A stretch of 64,000 nt of DNA from an uncultured virus (IMG/VR IMGVR_UViG_3300034062_000507) (Duplodnaviria > Heunggongvirae > Uroviricota > Caudoviricetes), in the IMG/VR virus record IMGVR_UViG_3300034062_000507. The stretch is one strand, 5' to 3'. How positions within the stretch are numbered: the first letter of the stretch is position 1; every line of letters starts with the position of its first letter. This document shows positions 1 through 9,601 of this stretch, in pieces. Below the pieces are notes generated by a model. It searched no databases. It was given only the letters and a program-made list of their open reading frames with translations, and was not told the origin of the DNA. The position numbers and the translations under genes are program-made.

Positions 1-206
1 TTGGCCGTCTTCTCGCTTGTCAGCTTCGATTTCATCCCCTTCATGCGGGCGCAAAAAGAGTCGCGCCTGCTGCCGCCCTCGGGCTGTGGAGCCTTGAGGC
101 CCGGCTTGCCGGGGTTCGCTTTGTTGTAAGAGGCGCGTCCTTTGGCGTTCAAACCGCCCTTCTCGGATTTGCCCTCTTTGCGTTGCCATGCTGGTGACTT
201 TGCCAT
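1..206 (-). CDS. Small Lys-rich hypothetical protein, truncated by the left edge (DUF6321-like)
   Basis: Read by hand from ATG at 206: MAKSPAWQRKEGKSEKGGLNAKGRASYNKANPGKPGLKAPQPEGGSRRDSFCARMKG...; starts just after the stop of the upstream gene. Family name recalled from the SFCARM motif. Confidence 0.75.
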   Translation of the reverse strand, partial: MAKSPAWQRKEGKSEKGGLNAKGRASYNKANPGKPGLKAPQPEGGSRRDSFCARMKGMKSKLTSEKTA

Positions 207-207
207 T

Positions 208-1002
208 TTAAGAACCCTGCATGTAGTTCTGGATTAAGATGATGTTGAAGTACGAACTCACTGCGTTGTTTGCGGCGGCTCCAATTGCGCTTGCGCCCAC
301 ACAGTTCTTTTCTGGAATCATATAAGGCTGTTCAAAATCAAACACAGCGGCGTTGTTGTTTACTGCGGCAACCGCACCAACACGCAGGATGTTGTCTGTG
401 CCGTGTTGCTTTAAAAAGGTAGTGACAGAAGTCGAGCCGGTAGCTTGACCAGCAGAAATTGAACCCGTTGTCATGTAACCTGTGAAGCCTGCTGGAACAC
501 AGTAATGACCAGTCGTGCGCTGGTTGTAACCGATTGCAATGATGTCGTACAAAACTGCTGGGACGCCCGATGTCACCGTGCCAGTGCCAGCATTGATGTT
601 GCCTGCGTTTGCACCACCAGAGCCAACTGTAGCGACATAAAAACTGTTCACATACAGGTACGAGTTTGTTGTGTTGACTGCTGTTTGACCGTTCAATATT
701 ACGGTCTCGCTCACCACAGCAAAATTGCCGTCAACGCCTTCAATAAAGACGGTTCGCGCACCAGTGCCAGCAGAGGCATCGTCGGTGCTAGATGAACTGA
801 TTTTCAAAACGGATGCAACGGTTGGGTGCGGAATAAGACCGCCATCGGGCCACACGGTCTCTTCAGATGTGTCTACATCTGGGTTGTAGCCAAACACGAT
901 AACCGTGCTGTGGCCTTGAATTTGACCGCGAGATACCTGCAAGCCAAACGGCTCATACGTACCCACTTGGGTTATAGAACGCCAGATTCCAAGATTAGCC
1001 AT
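208..1002 (-). CDS. Putative virion structural protein (beta-rich, Gly/Thr/Ala-rich)
   Basis: 264-aa ORF with AAAGGAG RBS upstream of ATG 1002; lies downstream of the capsid genes. Confidence 0.6.
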   Translation of the reverse strand: MANLGIWRSITQVGTYEPFGLQVSRGQIQGHSTVIVFGYNPDVDTSEETVWPDGGLIPHPTVASVLKISSSSTDDASAGTGARTVFIEGVDGNFAVVSETVILNGQTAVNTTNSYLYVNSFYVATVGSGGANAGNINAGTGTVTSGVPAVLYDIIAIGYNQRTTGHYCVPAGFTGYMTTGSISAGQATGSTSVTTFLKQHGTDNILRVGAVAAVNNNAAVFDFEQPYMIPEKNCVGASAIGAAANNAVSSYFNIILIQNYMQGS

Positions 1003-1016
1003 AATCAATCTCCTTT

Positions 1017-1038
1017 AAAAAAGGGGCCAAAGCCCCTT
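1017..1038 (-). terminator. Intrinsic terminator
   Basis: AAGGGGC-TTTG-GCCCCTT followed by a T run on the minus strand, just after the 1046..1567 gene. Confidence 0.75.
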
Positions 1039-1045
1039 GGGTTGA

Positions 1046-1567
1046 TTAAGCGATACGAGAGAACACGTATGCAGTGGCGCTAGAGAACATGATGCGGAAG
1101 CAGCCAATGCCGGTCACGCCAGAGGGCACGGTTAACAGACCAGCACCAGCGCCAGAGCCAGCAGCCGCTGCGGCAGACAAGATGCCATTAACTGCCACGG
1201 CAACAGTCACTGTGTTTGCGCCAGCAGTGTTGTCAACAAACAAGTCCAGCGTAGTGCCAGCAGTAGCGCCCAAGGCCGCGCCCAACAAAGTACCTGTAGG
1301 CAAAGTGATGGTGGTTGCAGCGGCGGAAGTGGATGTGATGTAGCCTGTAGCAACTTGTGCTGCGGTGGCTGTAGCCGTTGCAGCAATAGCAGCGGTTGTG
1401 GGGTGATTTTGCTCTGTGAAGACCAGATTTGTTGTGGTCAGATCGGTCACGCTAGTAGCGGTACCAAGAGTAGAAGTAACGGTTACTGCGCCAGTAGCCG
1501 CGTTGACGGAGACGGTTTGGAAGCCGTTCTGCGAGCGAACTGGGCCATTGAACGTGGTATTAGCCAT
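1046..1567 (-). CDS. Putative capsid decoration / head fibre protein
   Basis: 173 aa, MANTTFNGPVRS N-terminus, Thr/Ala-rich; first gene after the major capsid protein; TAAGGA RBS. Confidence 0.55.
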   Translation of the reverse strand: MANTTFNGPVRSQNGFQTVSVNAATGAVTVTSTLGTATSVTDLTTTNLVFTEQNHPTTAAIAATATATAAQVATGYITSTSAAATTITLPTGTLLGAALGATAGTTLDLFVDNTAGANTVTVAVAVNGILSAAAAAGSGAGAGLLTVPSGVTGIGCFRIMFSSATAYVFSRIA

Positions 1568-1579
1568 GATATGTCCTTA

Positions 1580-1648
1580 CATACAAGTTAAGTGCATCAG
1601 TCTGTATGTCGTCAGCCGGGGACTGTCTAATGCACCGGAAAGCCCGGA
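1580..1648 (-). ncRNA. Candidate pseudoknotted 5' leader RNA
   Basis: P1 GGUGCAUUAG/CUGAUGCACU, inner hairpin CAGUC/GGCUG, pseudoknot CAUACAG/UUGUAUG abutting the SD; G-U pairs favour the minus strand. Confidence 0.6.
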
Positions 1649-1656
1649 TTGAAAGC

Positions 1657-1685
1657 AATATACAACAAAAGAAAGGGGGGCACAA
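1657..1685 (-). promoter_or_regulatory. Putative sigma70 promoter overlapping the capsid terminator
   Basis: TTGTGC-N17-TATATT on the minus strand. Confidence 0.4.
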
Positions 1686-1693
1686 GGCCCCCC
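1667..1693 (-). terminator. Intrinsic terminator after the major capsid gene
   Basis: GGGGGGC-CTTGT-GCCCCCC-TTTCTTTT on the minus strand. Confidence 0.8.
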
Positions 1694-1699
1694 GATCAA

Positions 1700-2608
1700 T
1701 TAAGCACCGGCAGAGCCGTACATGCCCAATGGGTCAGACCAGCCGAAGCTGTAACGCTCACGAGACTTGTAACGGACGTTACCTGTATCGAAGTCGCCGT
1801 CCATGCTGTTAGCCAGCGGAGTACGGACAAAGTGCTTCATGCCGTTAGGCACGTCTGTGGTCAAGAACCAAGCGTTGGTGTCGGTCAAGAAGTGGTTAAT
1901 TGTGTAACCTTCTGGGATCGAACCGTTGTTCTTCAACGCGTTGATGTCGTTGTCAGCGGTGCTGACGCGGAGTTCAGTTTCCAGCAAACGAGTTGCCGTG
2001 AACTGCAAAGCGGAAGGAACAACCAACTTCTTGGGCTTAGCAGCGATCAACAGGCCACGTTCATCAGTCCATGCAGCGATCTGAATAACAGCGTTTTCCA
2101 ACGATGTTTCGTTCAAGTCAGCAGGGGTAGATGGGATGTTGCTGTTGGTGCTACCAGAGATCAAGGGGTGTGCGCTAGAGAACAAAGCGACGCCGTCACC
2201 ACCAGTGTAGGCAGCGGAGAAGCCGTTGTTCAACACCGCAGCAGCTTTAACCTGCTTGGTGTAAGCCATAGCGCGAGCCAGACCTTTGGTGTAACGAGCG
2301 GACAACGAGTCATACAAGTTGTCTTCGATAGCTTCTTCAGTCAAGCTGAAGCCCAAGGCGATGGTTTCGTGGTTGTAACGAGCAGTCCATGCTTCTTGTG
2401 CGTTGTCATAAGCGATGGCGGAGCCTTCGTTCTTAACAGGTGCAGCGGAGAAGCCAGACAGCTTTGTTTCTTCCTCGAATGAACGCTCAGAAGTCTCGGT
2501 TTCGTAGATTTCTTTGTGCTCTTCGCCATAACGTGCATACTCCAGACCGAACAAAGCGTTCAGACCGGGGAGCAGCTCTTTCAATAGTTGTGCGCGTGAA
2601 ATAGCCAT
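1700..2608 (-). CDS. Major capsid protein (probable HK97 fold)
   Basis: 302 aa, MAISRAQLLKELLPGLNALFGLEY...RERYSFGWSDP pattern typical of phage capsids; downstream of portal/scaffold; strong RBS and terminator. Confidence 0.85.
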   Translation of the reverse strand: MAISRAQLLKELLPGLNALFGLEYARYGEEHKEIYETETSERSFEEETKLSGFSAAPVKNEGSAIAYDNAQEAWTARYNHETIALGFSLTEEAIEDNLYDSLSARYTKGLARAMAYTKQVKAAAVLNNGFSAAYTGGDGVALFSSAHPLISGSTNSNIPSTPADLNETSLENAVIQIAAWTDERGLLIAAKPKKLVVPSALQFTATRLLETELRVSTADNDINALKNNGSIPEGYTINHFLTDTNAWFLTTDVPNGMKHFVRTPLANSMDGDFDTGNVRYKSRERYSFGWSDPLGMYGSAGA

Positions 2609-2620
2609 GATTTAAGCTCC

Positions 2621-3445
2621 TTATGCTACGTAGTAGCGGTGTGCGCCGAAGTTGAACTTAACCAACACTTCGGGGGTTTCGACCAGTGCAACAGAACCGA
2701 CGACTTGAGTTGTTACAGAAGTCACGGTAAGAGTTGTACTACCAGTGGTTGTCACGGTAGAAGCAGCGCTCAAGGTAGCACCTGTGAACTGCAACTGACC
2801 ATTTACCACGTTGAACACGTCAGTGCCAATTGGCAAGAAAGTGCCTACGGGCAAACCAGACACAACAACCGAAGTCGCTGAAGGAGCGCCACCAGACACG
2901 TATGTGCCCGAAACGGTGATCTGTGTGTCAGGAACCAAGTTCAACACACGGAAGCCGCCACCAGAAGCGTTAGCAGACGCGCCAACCACAGACATGCCAC
3001 TGTTGCCAGTAGACGCAGAGCCAGTTTGTGTGCCGCCAGCCATGTTAGCGCCAACCAAGATCGAAGAAGCCGAGCCGATAACTGCACCGCCAGCGGTGGT
3101 AGAAACAGCGACCTTCATCACTTGATCAGGATCGTCACCGATGATGGCAGTGATGTCACCAGCGGTGACGTTGCCAGGGTAGTACTGCGAGAACAGACGT
3201 TGCTTGGTCGTGGGGTTTGTGTAATAGCAACCCAAGAAAACACCGACCGTTGTATTGGTGGTGCTAACGGGATAAGTTGCGATCACAACATAGCCGGCAG
3301 ACAAAGTAACCAGATCGCCGTTGTACAGCGGGGTACCGTAGTTGTACTGGATAGGTAGATTACGAGTGGAACCCGCAAACACCTGTCCACCGATCAAATT
3401 GACCGGTTTGACGCCGTAAGGGGCGTCGACAGTGGGATAAGCCAT
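2621..3445 (-). CDS. Putative minor capsid / cement protein
   Basis: 274 aa directly upstream of the capsid gene; AGGAG RBS. Confidence 0.55.
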   Translation of the reverse strand: MAYPTVDAPYGVKPVNLIGGQVFAGSTRNLPIQYNYGTPLYNGDLVTLSAGYVVIATYPVSTTNTTVGVFLGCYYTNPTTKQRLFSQYYPGNVTAGDITAIIGDDPDQVMKVAVSTTAGGAVIGSASSILVGANMAGGTQTGSASTGNSGMSVVGASANASGGGFRVLNLVPDTQITVSGTYVSGGAPSATSVVVSGLPVGTFLPIGTDVFNVVNGQLQFTGATLSAASTVTTTGSTTLTVTSVTTQVVGSVALVETPEVLVKFNFGAHRYYVA

Positions 3446-3465
3446 GAAAGACTCCTATAAAGATT

Positions 3466-3915
3466 TTAAGTGCCTTTGCCAAAGCTTGTCGAAGATTTCC
3501 GCTCATTGAAGATCGGCATCCGCGCATCGCTTTGACGCATCAAATTGTTATCTACAGCCTCTTCCTGTGCTCGAGTCATATCATTGAAGTATTTCTTTCG
3601 CTGATCGATGAACTCAGAAGGAGTCTTGCAGAGCAACAACCCGCCAATCTCAATGCTGTCCTTAAAACGGCTATTGGGATCGACTAGCAGTTTAAATTTA
3701 GGCTGTTCTTCGACACTAACCACCTCCCAACCTTCGCGCAATTTAGCGGAGAGGTTACGAGGATCAGCCTTGTCCAAAGTAGAAACCCGAATCCATCTGT
3801 ACGCAAAACCCGGAGCCCTATCAGGTTCCGGTAGAAGCTCCGCCTGCTGCCACTGCTTAGGGCGCTCTTGAGAGGTTCTGCTTGTAATTTCGCGTTGTAA
3901 TCTGTTATCAGCCAT
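3466..3915 (-). CDS. Conserved head-module protein of unknown function
   Basis: 149 aa with YRWIR and REGWE motifs; between scaffold and capsid genes. Confidence 0.6.
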   Translation of the reverse strand: MADNRLQREITSRTSQERPKQWQQAELLPEPDRAPGFAYRWIRVSTLDKADPRNLSAKLREGWEVVSVEEQPKFKLLVDPNSRFKDSIEIGGLLLCKTPSEFIDQRKKYFNDMTRAQEEAVDNNLMRQSDARMPIFNERKSSTSFGKGT

Positions 3916-4893
3916 TTAGGCCTCCAATTTCATGAGTTCACGAGCATATTGCTCGTTGGTTAATCCAAATTTCTTTGCCAAGCCCACCTGCGTCTTAGAA
4001 AGAACCACTTTTTTAGGAGCGGTGCTCCGTTTCGCTGGTGCGACCACCGTGCTTGGTTTTGTACGTTGAGGTTTTTCGTCCTCATCGTTAGTTGAAGCTC
4101 CACCAAATTCTTCTGGGAATCGGCGTTGAACTTCTCTGTCTATCGCTGCATAGTACTCATCTGTACCGATGTAGCCTCGACCATATTTGGATTCCAAATC
4201 CTCGTGAACACCTTCAGCATATCTGCGCATAGATCGTTTATTTTGATCAACGAACCACGGGTTTTTTGACACCCATGACGCAGCTTTAGGGTCCATTTGA
4301 GGGTTTTGAGACCTCTGTGGGATAGTTTGTACATCATTTTCTTCATTTTGTACAGTAGGCCTGAAATTTTTTGCTTTATCAAGCTTAAGCTGAGCACGGA
4401 TCATCTCCTGCTGAGCTTCAAGTAGCTTATCGGAATCGCCCGAATCGTAGGCTTCTTTGTAATTGCGGCTGGCTTTATCGACTTCCATTTCAGCGCTAGA
4501 CTGATATGTAGAGATAAGCTCTTTCTCGCCTGATTGCAGGACGCTTTTGAGCTTGCGGTTCTCGTCGAGAATACGCTGGGCAACGGACAAAGCTTCTTGT
4601 TGCTCGCGCAGTGCCGCCTCTTTCTCCCTACGTTCGTCGTGCCAAGCCTTCTTGTACTGCTTGAATTTGAGCTTCACGTTGTGGGAGTAATCTTCAGAGT
4701 CGTCGGCTTTCTCCAAGTCCTCTTTGATACTGTTTGGAAGGGGCTCTACGTACCGGTCTTCGGCAGGGGTATCGTCTTTGATGTCAACTTTAATATCTAC
4801 GTCGTCGCCTTCAATGGAGATATCAAGAGTATCTTCGGATTTATCCTCGCCTCCCTCATCTGGGAATTTATAGCTGTCGCTGAATTTAGGCAT
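3916..4893 (-). CDS. Putative capsid scaffolding protein
   Basis: 325 aa, acidic N-terminus, long coiled coil, short helical C-terminal domain; position between portal and capsid. Confidence 0.65.
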   Translation of the reverse strand: MPKFSDSYKFPDEGGEDKSEDTLDISIEGDDVDIKVDIKDDTPAEDRYVEPLPNSIKEDLEKADDSEDYSHNVKLKFKQYKKAWHDERREKEAALREQQEALSVAQRILDENRKLKSVLQSGEKELISTYQSSAEMEVDKASRNYKEAYDSGDSDKLLEAQQEMIRAQLKLDKAKNFRPTVQNEENDVQTIPQRSQNPQMDPKAASWVSKNPWFVDQNKRSMRRYAEGVHEDLESKYGRGYIGTDEYYAAIDREVQRRFPEEFGGASTNDEDEKPQRTKPSTVVAPAKRSTAPKKVVLSKTQVGLAKKFGLTNEQYARELMKLEA

Positions 4894-4902
4894 GTGCGCT
4901 CC

Positions 4903-5322
4903 TTATTTGCGTTTGATGCCGCGAGGATCGTCAACAATACCTTCTACGGTATCGTCGTTGATGATGCGGAACTCTCTACCGTGGATGACCAGTCGTGAAC
5001 CAGCATAGGGCCGGACCAAGATAAAGTCGCCTTGTTTGCACCAAGGTCCTGTTGGGAACTTTGCTGCATCTTTGTAGCAGTCTGGGCCAAGGGCAACAAC
5101 AAACAGGACGGTTGTGAGCGTCTCTTCGTTGCGCATGGTTTCGTCTGCTTTGATCAAACCAGCTTCGCTGTCTTCATACTTTGCTTCCGCCTCTGGGATG
5201 GCGCAAAGAATGCGATATCCCGCTGGCTTTGGCAACTGCTTAGCCTTCTCCTCTGCTTTCTTGTGCATCAAGGACGACAAGTCGACTGCTTGATTTAAGT
5301 TCAACGTAGGCGTTTCACTCAT
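4903..5322 (-). CDS. groES: Co-chaperonin GroES (Cpn10)-like protein
   Basis: PAGYRIL...AGLI...VVALGPD...KQGDFILV..YAG......GREFRIINDDTVEGIV follows the Cpn10 pattern. Confidence 0.85.
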   Translation of the reverse strand: MSETPTLNLNQAVDLSSLMHKKAEEKAKQLPKPAGYRILCAIPEAEAKYEDSEAGLIKADETMRNEETLTTVLFVVALGPDCYKDAAKFPTGPWCKQGDFILVRPYAGSRLVIHGREFRIINDDTVEGIVDDPRGIKRK

Positions 5323-5515
5323 CCAAATTCTCCAAGTTTTTTGTCAGGTCTGTGATGTTTCTACGTGCTGTGAGTAGACCTGTAATAACCCCACATTGCG
5401 CGCAGTACTCAGAGTAGTCCTTGGCAGTTTTGGCCCCCAAGTCCTCCTCAATTTGTTTGACCTTCTGGTCAATTTGCTGGACTATTAACTCCAGCGCTTG
5501 TTTAGTTTGGTACAT
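5315..5515 (-). CDS. Small helical hypothetical protein
   Basis: ~66 aa, coupled to the portal stop and overlapping the groES start. Confidence 0.6.
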   Translation of the reverse strand: MYQTKQALELIVQQIDQKVKQIEEDLGAKTAKDYSEYCAQCGVITGLLTARRNITDLTKNLENLDE

Positions 5516-8040
5516 CAATCACCCCTATTAGGTTTTTGCTGTTTAGACCTGTTCTCAGCCTGCATCCGAGCAATCTCTTTCTGATTGGCCAGCATCATCT
5601 GGTGCTTTTGCAAGTCCATGCCGGTCGTAAAGCCAGCTTGCTCATGCGTGTGGTCACGCTGCTGTTTGTCAGCCTGCGCCTTCATCGCAATCCTCACGCC
5701 CTCAGTCTCCTGCTGTGCGTTGATGCGCTCACGCTCAATCTGCAACTGAGCTTGCTTGAGCATGACATCTGCCTGATCTTTAGCCGCCTTGCGCTGCTGC
5801 TCTTGAGCTTTAAGCTCGAGTTCTTTCTGCTGCAACTGGATGAGCGGGTCTTGCTGCATCTGCTGGTTCTTCTGCTGCTGAGCTTGTTGCTGGCTCTGCT
5901 GCAAGAGCTGCTGAGCTGCTTGCGCAGCCATCTGAGACACCTGAACCTCCATCTCTGGAGGCATATCAACCTCATCCGCATCTTCGTTGTACGGAGGCAG
6001 TGTCTGGCCCATCGCCTGCTCGATCTGCTTGCGCATCTCCATACCCAAGTGCTCGGCAATGTGGGCGGAGCCAGCTGCCATAAGCTGCTGCATCAACTGA
6101 GGGTTCTGGCCAATCAGCTGCTGGATGCGAGGGTCTTGCGCCATCGCCATGTGAACAGTGATGTGCGCTTGGTGATCTTGGTACAGGAACGCTTTAACAG
6201 GCTTGTTGTTGAGCATGTTCTGATTCTCTGTGACAGGATCACGAGGCTTCATATCGTCCTGCATCGGCACAAGCTTCTGGTAGTTCTTGATGCCCAGCAC
6301 GTCGAGCATCTGACGGTGCAAGAGAGGCAGGTCGTACAACTGCGGAGCAGTCTGCGCCAACTGGAGAGCCGCCTGATACTGGACAACTTTCTGAGCCATC
6401 GTCGCAGCGTTGGGGTCACTCACTGGGATGATGTCGACCATGTCGTAGTCAGACTGCTTCGCACGACGCCCGCCCTCGATAGGCTCGTAACTGTATGTAG
6501 GAGGGGTGTAGTCGCGGATGATTGTTTTCAAGAGCCTGAACTCTTGCTTCATCGAGTAGTGGATGCGAGACTGAACAGCCGACATTGTCTTGAGCTGACG
6601 CTCAAGGATGGCCAGTGTTGTGCCCACGGGAGCCTGCGCTGACATGTCCGATGTCTGCAACTCCACAGCGCCCGCAAACTTGCGGCCTTCATCAATGATC
6701 TGGTTGAGCAGCGCCGCCAAGACCTGTGATGGCTCCTTGTACGGCAGGGGCATGATGTTGTCACGCATCGTGCCGCTAGGAACGTCTACATCACGGAATT
6801 CGCCGGGGGAGATTGGAGTGTCATCACCTTTGGTGCGAAGTCCTCGAGTCTTAAACCCGCCGGGGAGGTTAGATAGAGTTCCAGCGTCAACAAGCTGACG
6901 AAGAATAGAAGTACCAGATTTAGCAAAAGCACCAATGAGGTGAACAAGGCCAAAATTGTAAAAGCCAAAGCCGGGAATGTAGCCGTAATGGACAAAGTGC
7001 GTGCGCTTTTGGCAGAGTTTGTCGTCTGGCTCCCAGTTGCGGCGGATTGCAAGAACGTTCGTTGTGCCCTTCTCAATCGTGACGATGTACGGGAGCGCGA
7101 TCCCCGTCTCCTCGCCGCTGTCTTCGTCCTTGTGCTCATAACCTTTGAGGTCTAGGTCGACCTGCATCTCCAAGAGTTTGAATCGGTCATCTTGTGTCGC
7201 ACGAAAGCCCATCTTCTCCGCGATGCGCTTCTCGACTTCGTCCATCGTCTGAGTGGGTTCGCCCAAGTCAATATCACGGTAAAAACCCTCATGCTGCAAA
7301 CGCTTAAGGTCGTTCTTGTTCTTGCGCATGACGTGCGTGATACGTTCCGCATCAGCAAGGCTTGAAGCGCCGTAAGGCACGACTACATCTTCCGCTGGCG
7401 CGTACATAGACACCTGACGATCAAGCGCCGGGTCGAAATACACCTTCTTGAACGCGTTACCAGCAAGGCCCAAGCCCCACAGCATGCGCTCGTGCTCTGG
7501 CCTGTATTCTTTCATCACGTCAGTGAGCTGGTAGTTCATGTCTTCCTGAACCCGCTCCGCCGCGTCTTTCTTCTCGGGAGTTTCTTTGCCGATGATCTTT
7601 GTCTTGACAGGCCCCGCCGCAGGGAACGTCTCCATCATCGTCTCAGCTTGAAACTTCACAACAGCTTCTGTGAGCAGTGGGTGGTACACGCCGCAAGCAC
7701 CGGGCCACGGCTCCGTACGCTCCTCCATCTTCAGGCCCAACAGTTCTAGGCCATCGACGTAGGTCTGTATCCAATCTTTGCGCGCGGACACGTCAGCGTC
7801 GTAGTCGCCAATCAACTCACTAGCAAGTGCGGCAAGAACATCATCAGGGATGTCTTCAGCCAAGTTTTTATTGAACTCGTCATCGTCCTCTTCTGGCTCA
7901 ATCTCGATCTCTACGTCACCAGCTTGGATGCGCACAGACTCGGGGTCTTCAATCTCGATCTCGATTGGCTCTTCCATACCTCCCAACTGATCCAGTCCTT
8001 GAGGAGCTCCGTACAAAGCCTTGTCCATATTCGTCGCCAT
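5515..8040 (-). CDS. Portal protein (P22-like, Gln-rich C-terminal coiled coil)
   Basis: 841 aa directly after terL; HPLLTEAVVKFQA and GFYNFGLVHLIG segments; long Q-rich helical tail. Confidence 0.85.
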   Translation of the reverse strand: MATNMDKALYGAPQGLDQLGGMEEPIEIEIEDPESVRIQAGDVEIEIEPEEDDDEFNKNLAEDIPDDVLAALASELIGDYDADVSARKDWIQTYVDGLELLGLKMEERTEPWPGACGVYHPLLTEAVVKFQAETMMETFPAAGPVKTKIIGKETPEKKDAAERVQEDMNYQLTDVMKEYRPEHERMLWGLGLAGNAFKKVYFDPALDRQVSMYAPAEDVVVPYGASSLADAERITHVMRKNKNDLKRLQHEGFYRDIDLGEPTQTMDEVEKRIAEKMGFRATQDDRFKLLEMQVDLDLKGYEHKDEDSGEETGIALPYIVTIEKGTTNVLAIRRNWEPDDKLCQKRTHFVHYGYIPGFGFYNFGLVHLIGAFAKSGTSILRQLVDAGTLSNLPGGFKTRGLRTKGDDTPISPGEFRDVDVPSGTMRDNIMPLPYKEPSQVLAALLNQIIDEGRKFAGAVELQTSDMSAQAPVGTTLAILERQLKTMSAVQSRIHYSMKQEFRLLKTIIRDYTPPTYSYEPIEGGRRAKQSDYDMVDIIPVSDPNAATMAQKVVQYQAALQLAQTAPQLYDLPLLHRQMLDVLGIKNYQKLVPMQDDMKPRDPVTENQNMLNNKPVKAFLYQDHQAHITVHMAMAQDPRIQQLIGQNPQLMQQLMAAGSAHIAEHLGMEMRKQIEQAMGQTLPPYNEDADEVDMPPEMEVQVSQMAAQAAQQLLQQSQQQAQQQKNQQMQQDPLIQLQQKELELKAQEQQRKAAKDQADVMLKQAQLQIERERINAQQETEGVRIAMKAQADKQQRDHTHEQAGFTTGMDLQKHQMMLANQKEIARMQAENRSKQQKPNRGD

Positions 8041-8083
8041 GATTCGTCCTTAGTAGTGCGCGGCCCAACAAGTTGTTCCGCTT

Positions 8084-9601
8084 TCAATAATACGCAGTTT
8101 TTTTGCGGTACTGTTTTAAAAAATTATCTTCCGGCTCGTCCGTCGGAAGACGCAGAAACCCGCCCTGCCGGAATCTTAACAGTGCAAGTGTTGTGGAGTC
8201 CACCAAGTCGTCGTTAGTGCCAGCTGGGAAGTCATTGCACTCTTCTATGACTTCCTTAGCCCATCTACGGTCAGGCGCAAACACGATGCCTGAGGCAAAC
8301 AAGTCAGACACCGCGTTCACCCGCGCTATCTTGTCCTGTCCTTTACCCGGCGTGAACTCCCCTACGGGGATGCCCATTCTCCTGAACTCCTGATACAGCG
8401 CCGATCCGTTGGATTTCTTCTCCACCATGAACGCATCTGGCTGCCATTCTCTGTATTCTTCGAGCACCAGCTTCTTAAGTTCTGGATACTCCATGCGTTT
8501 TTTGATCGCGTTCAAGAGAATGATGGCAAAGTTCTGAGTCTCCTCGTTATAGAAGACCCCCCACGTTGTTAGAGCGTTATAGTCAGCTCTATTAGAGGCT
8601 TCTTGCGCGGCGTCGAGCGACATAATGGTGAATTCGCACTGGGGAGGGTCGTCTTTCTCCCAAATCTGCCACCACTCACGCTTAATTAACGCCCCTTCCT
8701 CTGAAGTGGGCTTTTGCATGTACTGCGCGTTCCAATACCGGATGTCCAGAGCCGCTTTCTTAGACAAAAGCTCCTCAACATCCCAGAATTCTGGCCAAAG
8801 TGCCTGTCCGTCGTCTTTAATGGCAGGAAACTCAACCACTTCCCACGCATCTACGTCTTCATTGCGTTCAGTTTGCTGAACAATCATGCCCGTCAGGTCC
8901 AATTTGGACCAACGGGTCATCACAATAATAATAGCGCCACCCGGCATAAGCCGCTGGAGAGGACCAGACTGAAACCATTCCCAAGCAGGAAGAAATACAT
9001 CGGGTCTTCCAGTTTTAGCTTCTTGCTCAGAATGAGGATCATCAATAATAAATAGATCAGCACCCCGCCCAGCAAGAGCGCCTCCCACACCGATAGCGAA
9101 ATATTCACCATTGAAGTTTGTTCCCCATCTTGAAGCAGATTTAGAGTCAGATTGCAGCTCTACTTGCGGAAATATGCCCTTATACGCATCCGATCCAACG
9201 AGGTTACGCACACGACGGCCAAAGTTAACAGCCAAATCCGCCGTGTGAGACCCCATGATAATCTTTTTCTGAGGGTACTTACCCAAGAACCACGCTGGCG
9301 CAAGATAGGATATGAGCTCAGACTTACCATGTCGTGGAGCAATATTAACAATGACTCGTTTTTTCTTGCCAGCAGCAATATCCTCAAAGATTTGAATAAG
9401 CTTGAGATGATGAGGACCAACTTTGTATCCGGGATATACGTGATTAATGAAGTCAAGGAAGCTCTCCTTACCCAAACTTTGAGTCATCTGGGCGTCGTAC
9501 TGTTTCAGCAGCTCGAGAGTGCGCCTTTTCTGCTTGTCAGGCATAGCTGGCAAGGCTTGTCGCAGTCTAAAAATTGCTTCAGGCGTCAGTGTTTGGCTCA
9601 T
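8084..9601 (-). CDS. terL: Terminase large subunit
   Basis: Walker A APRHGKS, Walker B IIDDPH, MTRW coupling motif, nuclease residues SLDAA, VEKKSNG and DDLVDS. Confidence 0.95.
   Translation of the reverse strand: MSQTLTPEAIFRLRQALPAMPDKQKRRTLELLKQYDAQMTQSLGKESFLDFINHVYPGYKVGPHHLKLIQIFEDIAAGKKKRVIVNIAPRHGKSELISYLAPAWFLGKYPQKKIIMGSHTADLAVNFGRRVRNLVGSDAYKGIFPQVELQSDSKSASRWGTNFNGEYFAIGVGGALAGRGADLFIIDDPHSEQEAKTGRPDVFLPAWEWFQSGPLQRLMPGGAIIIVMTRWSKLDLTGMIVQQTERNEDVDAWEVVEFPAIKDDGQALWPEFWDVEELLSKKAALDIRYWNAQYMQKPTSEEGALIKREWWQIWEKDDPPQCEFTIMSLDAAQEASNRADYNALTTWGVFYNEETQNFAIILLNAIKKRMEYPELKKLVLEEYREWQPDAFMVEKKSNGSALYQEFRRMGIPVGEFTPGKGQDKIARVNAVSDLFASGIVFAPDRRWAKEVIEECNDFPAGTNDDLVDSTTLALLRFRQGGFLRLPTDEPEDNFLKQYRKKTAYY

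Noticed and set aside
1580..1625. Hammerhead ribozyme (CUGACGA on the minus strand)
   Set aside because: The required GAAA after stem II is missing (UAAG instead) and stem I cannot form properly.
1649..2482. 277-aa plus-strand ORF
   Set aside because: Antisense shadow of the capsid gene; no RBS or recognisable protein.
5536..6642. 368-aa plus-strand ORF
   Set aside because: Antisense to the Gln-rich portal region; Leu-rich translation reflects CAG codons.
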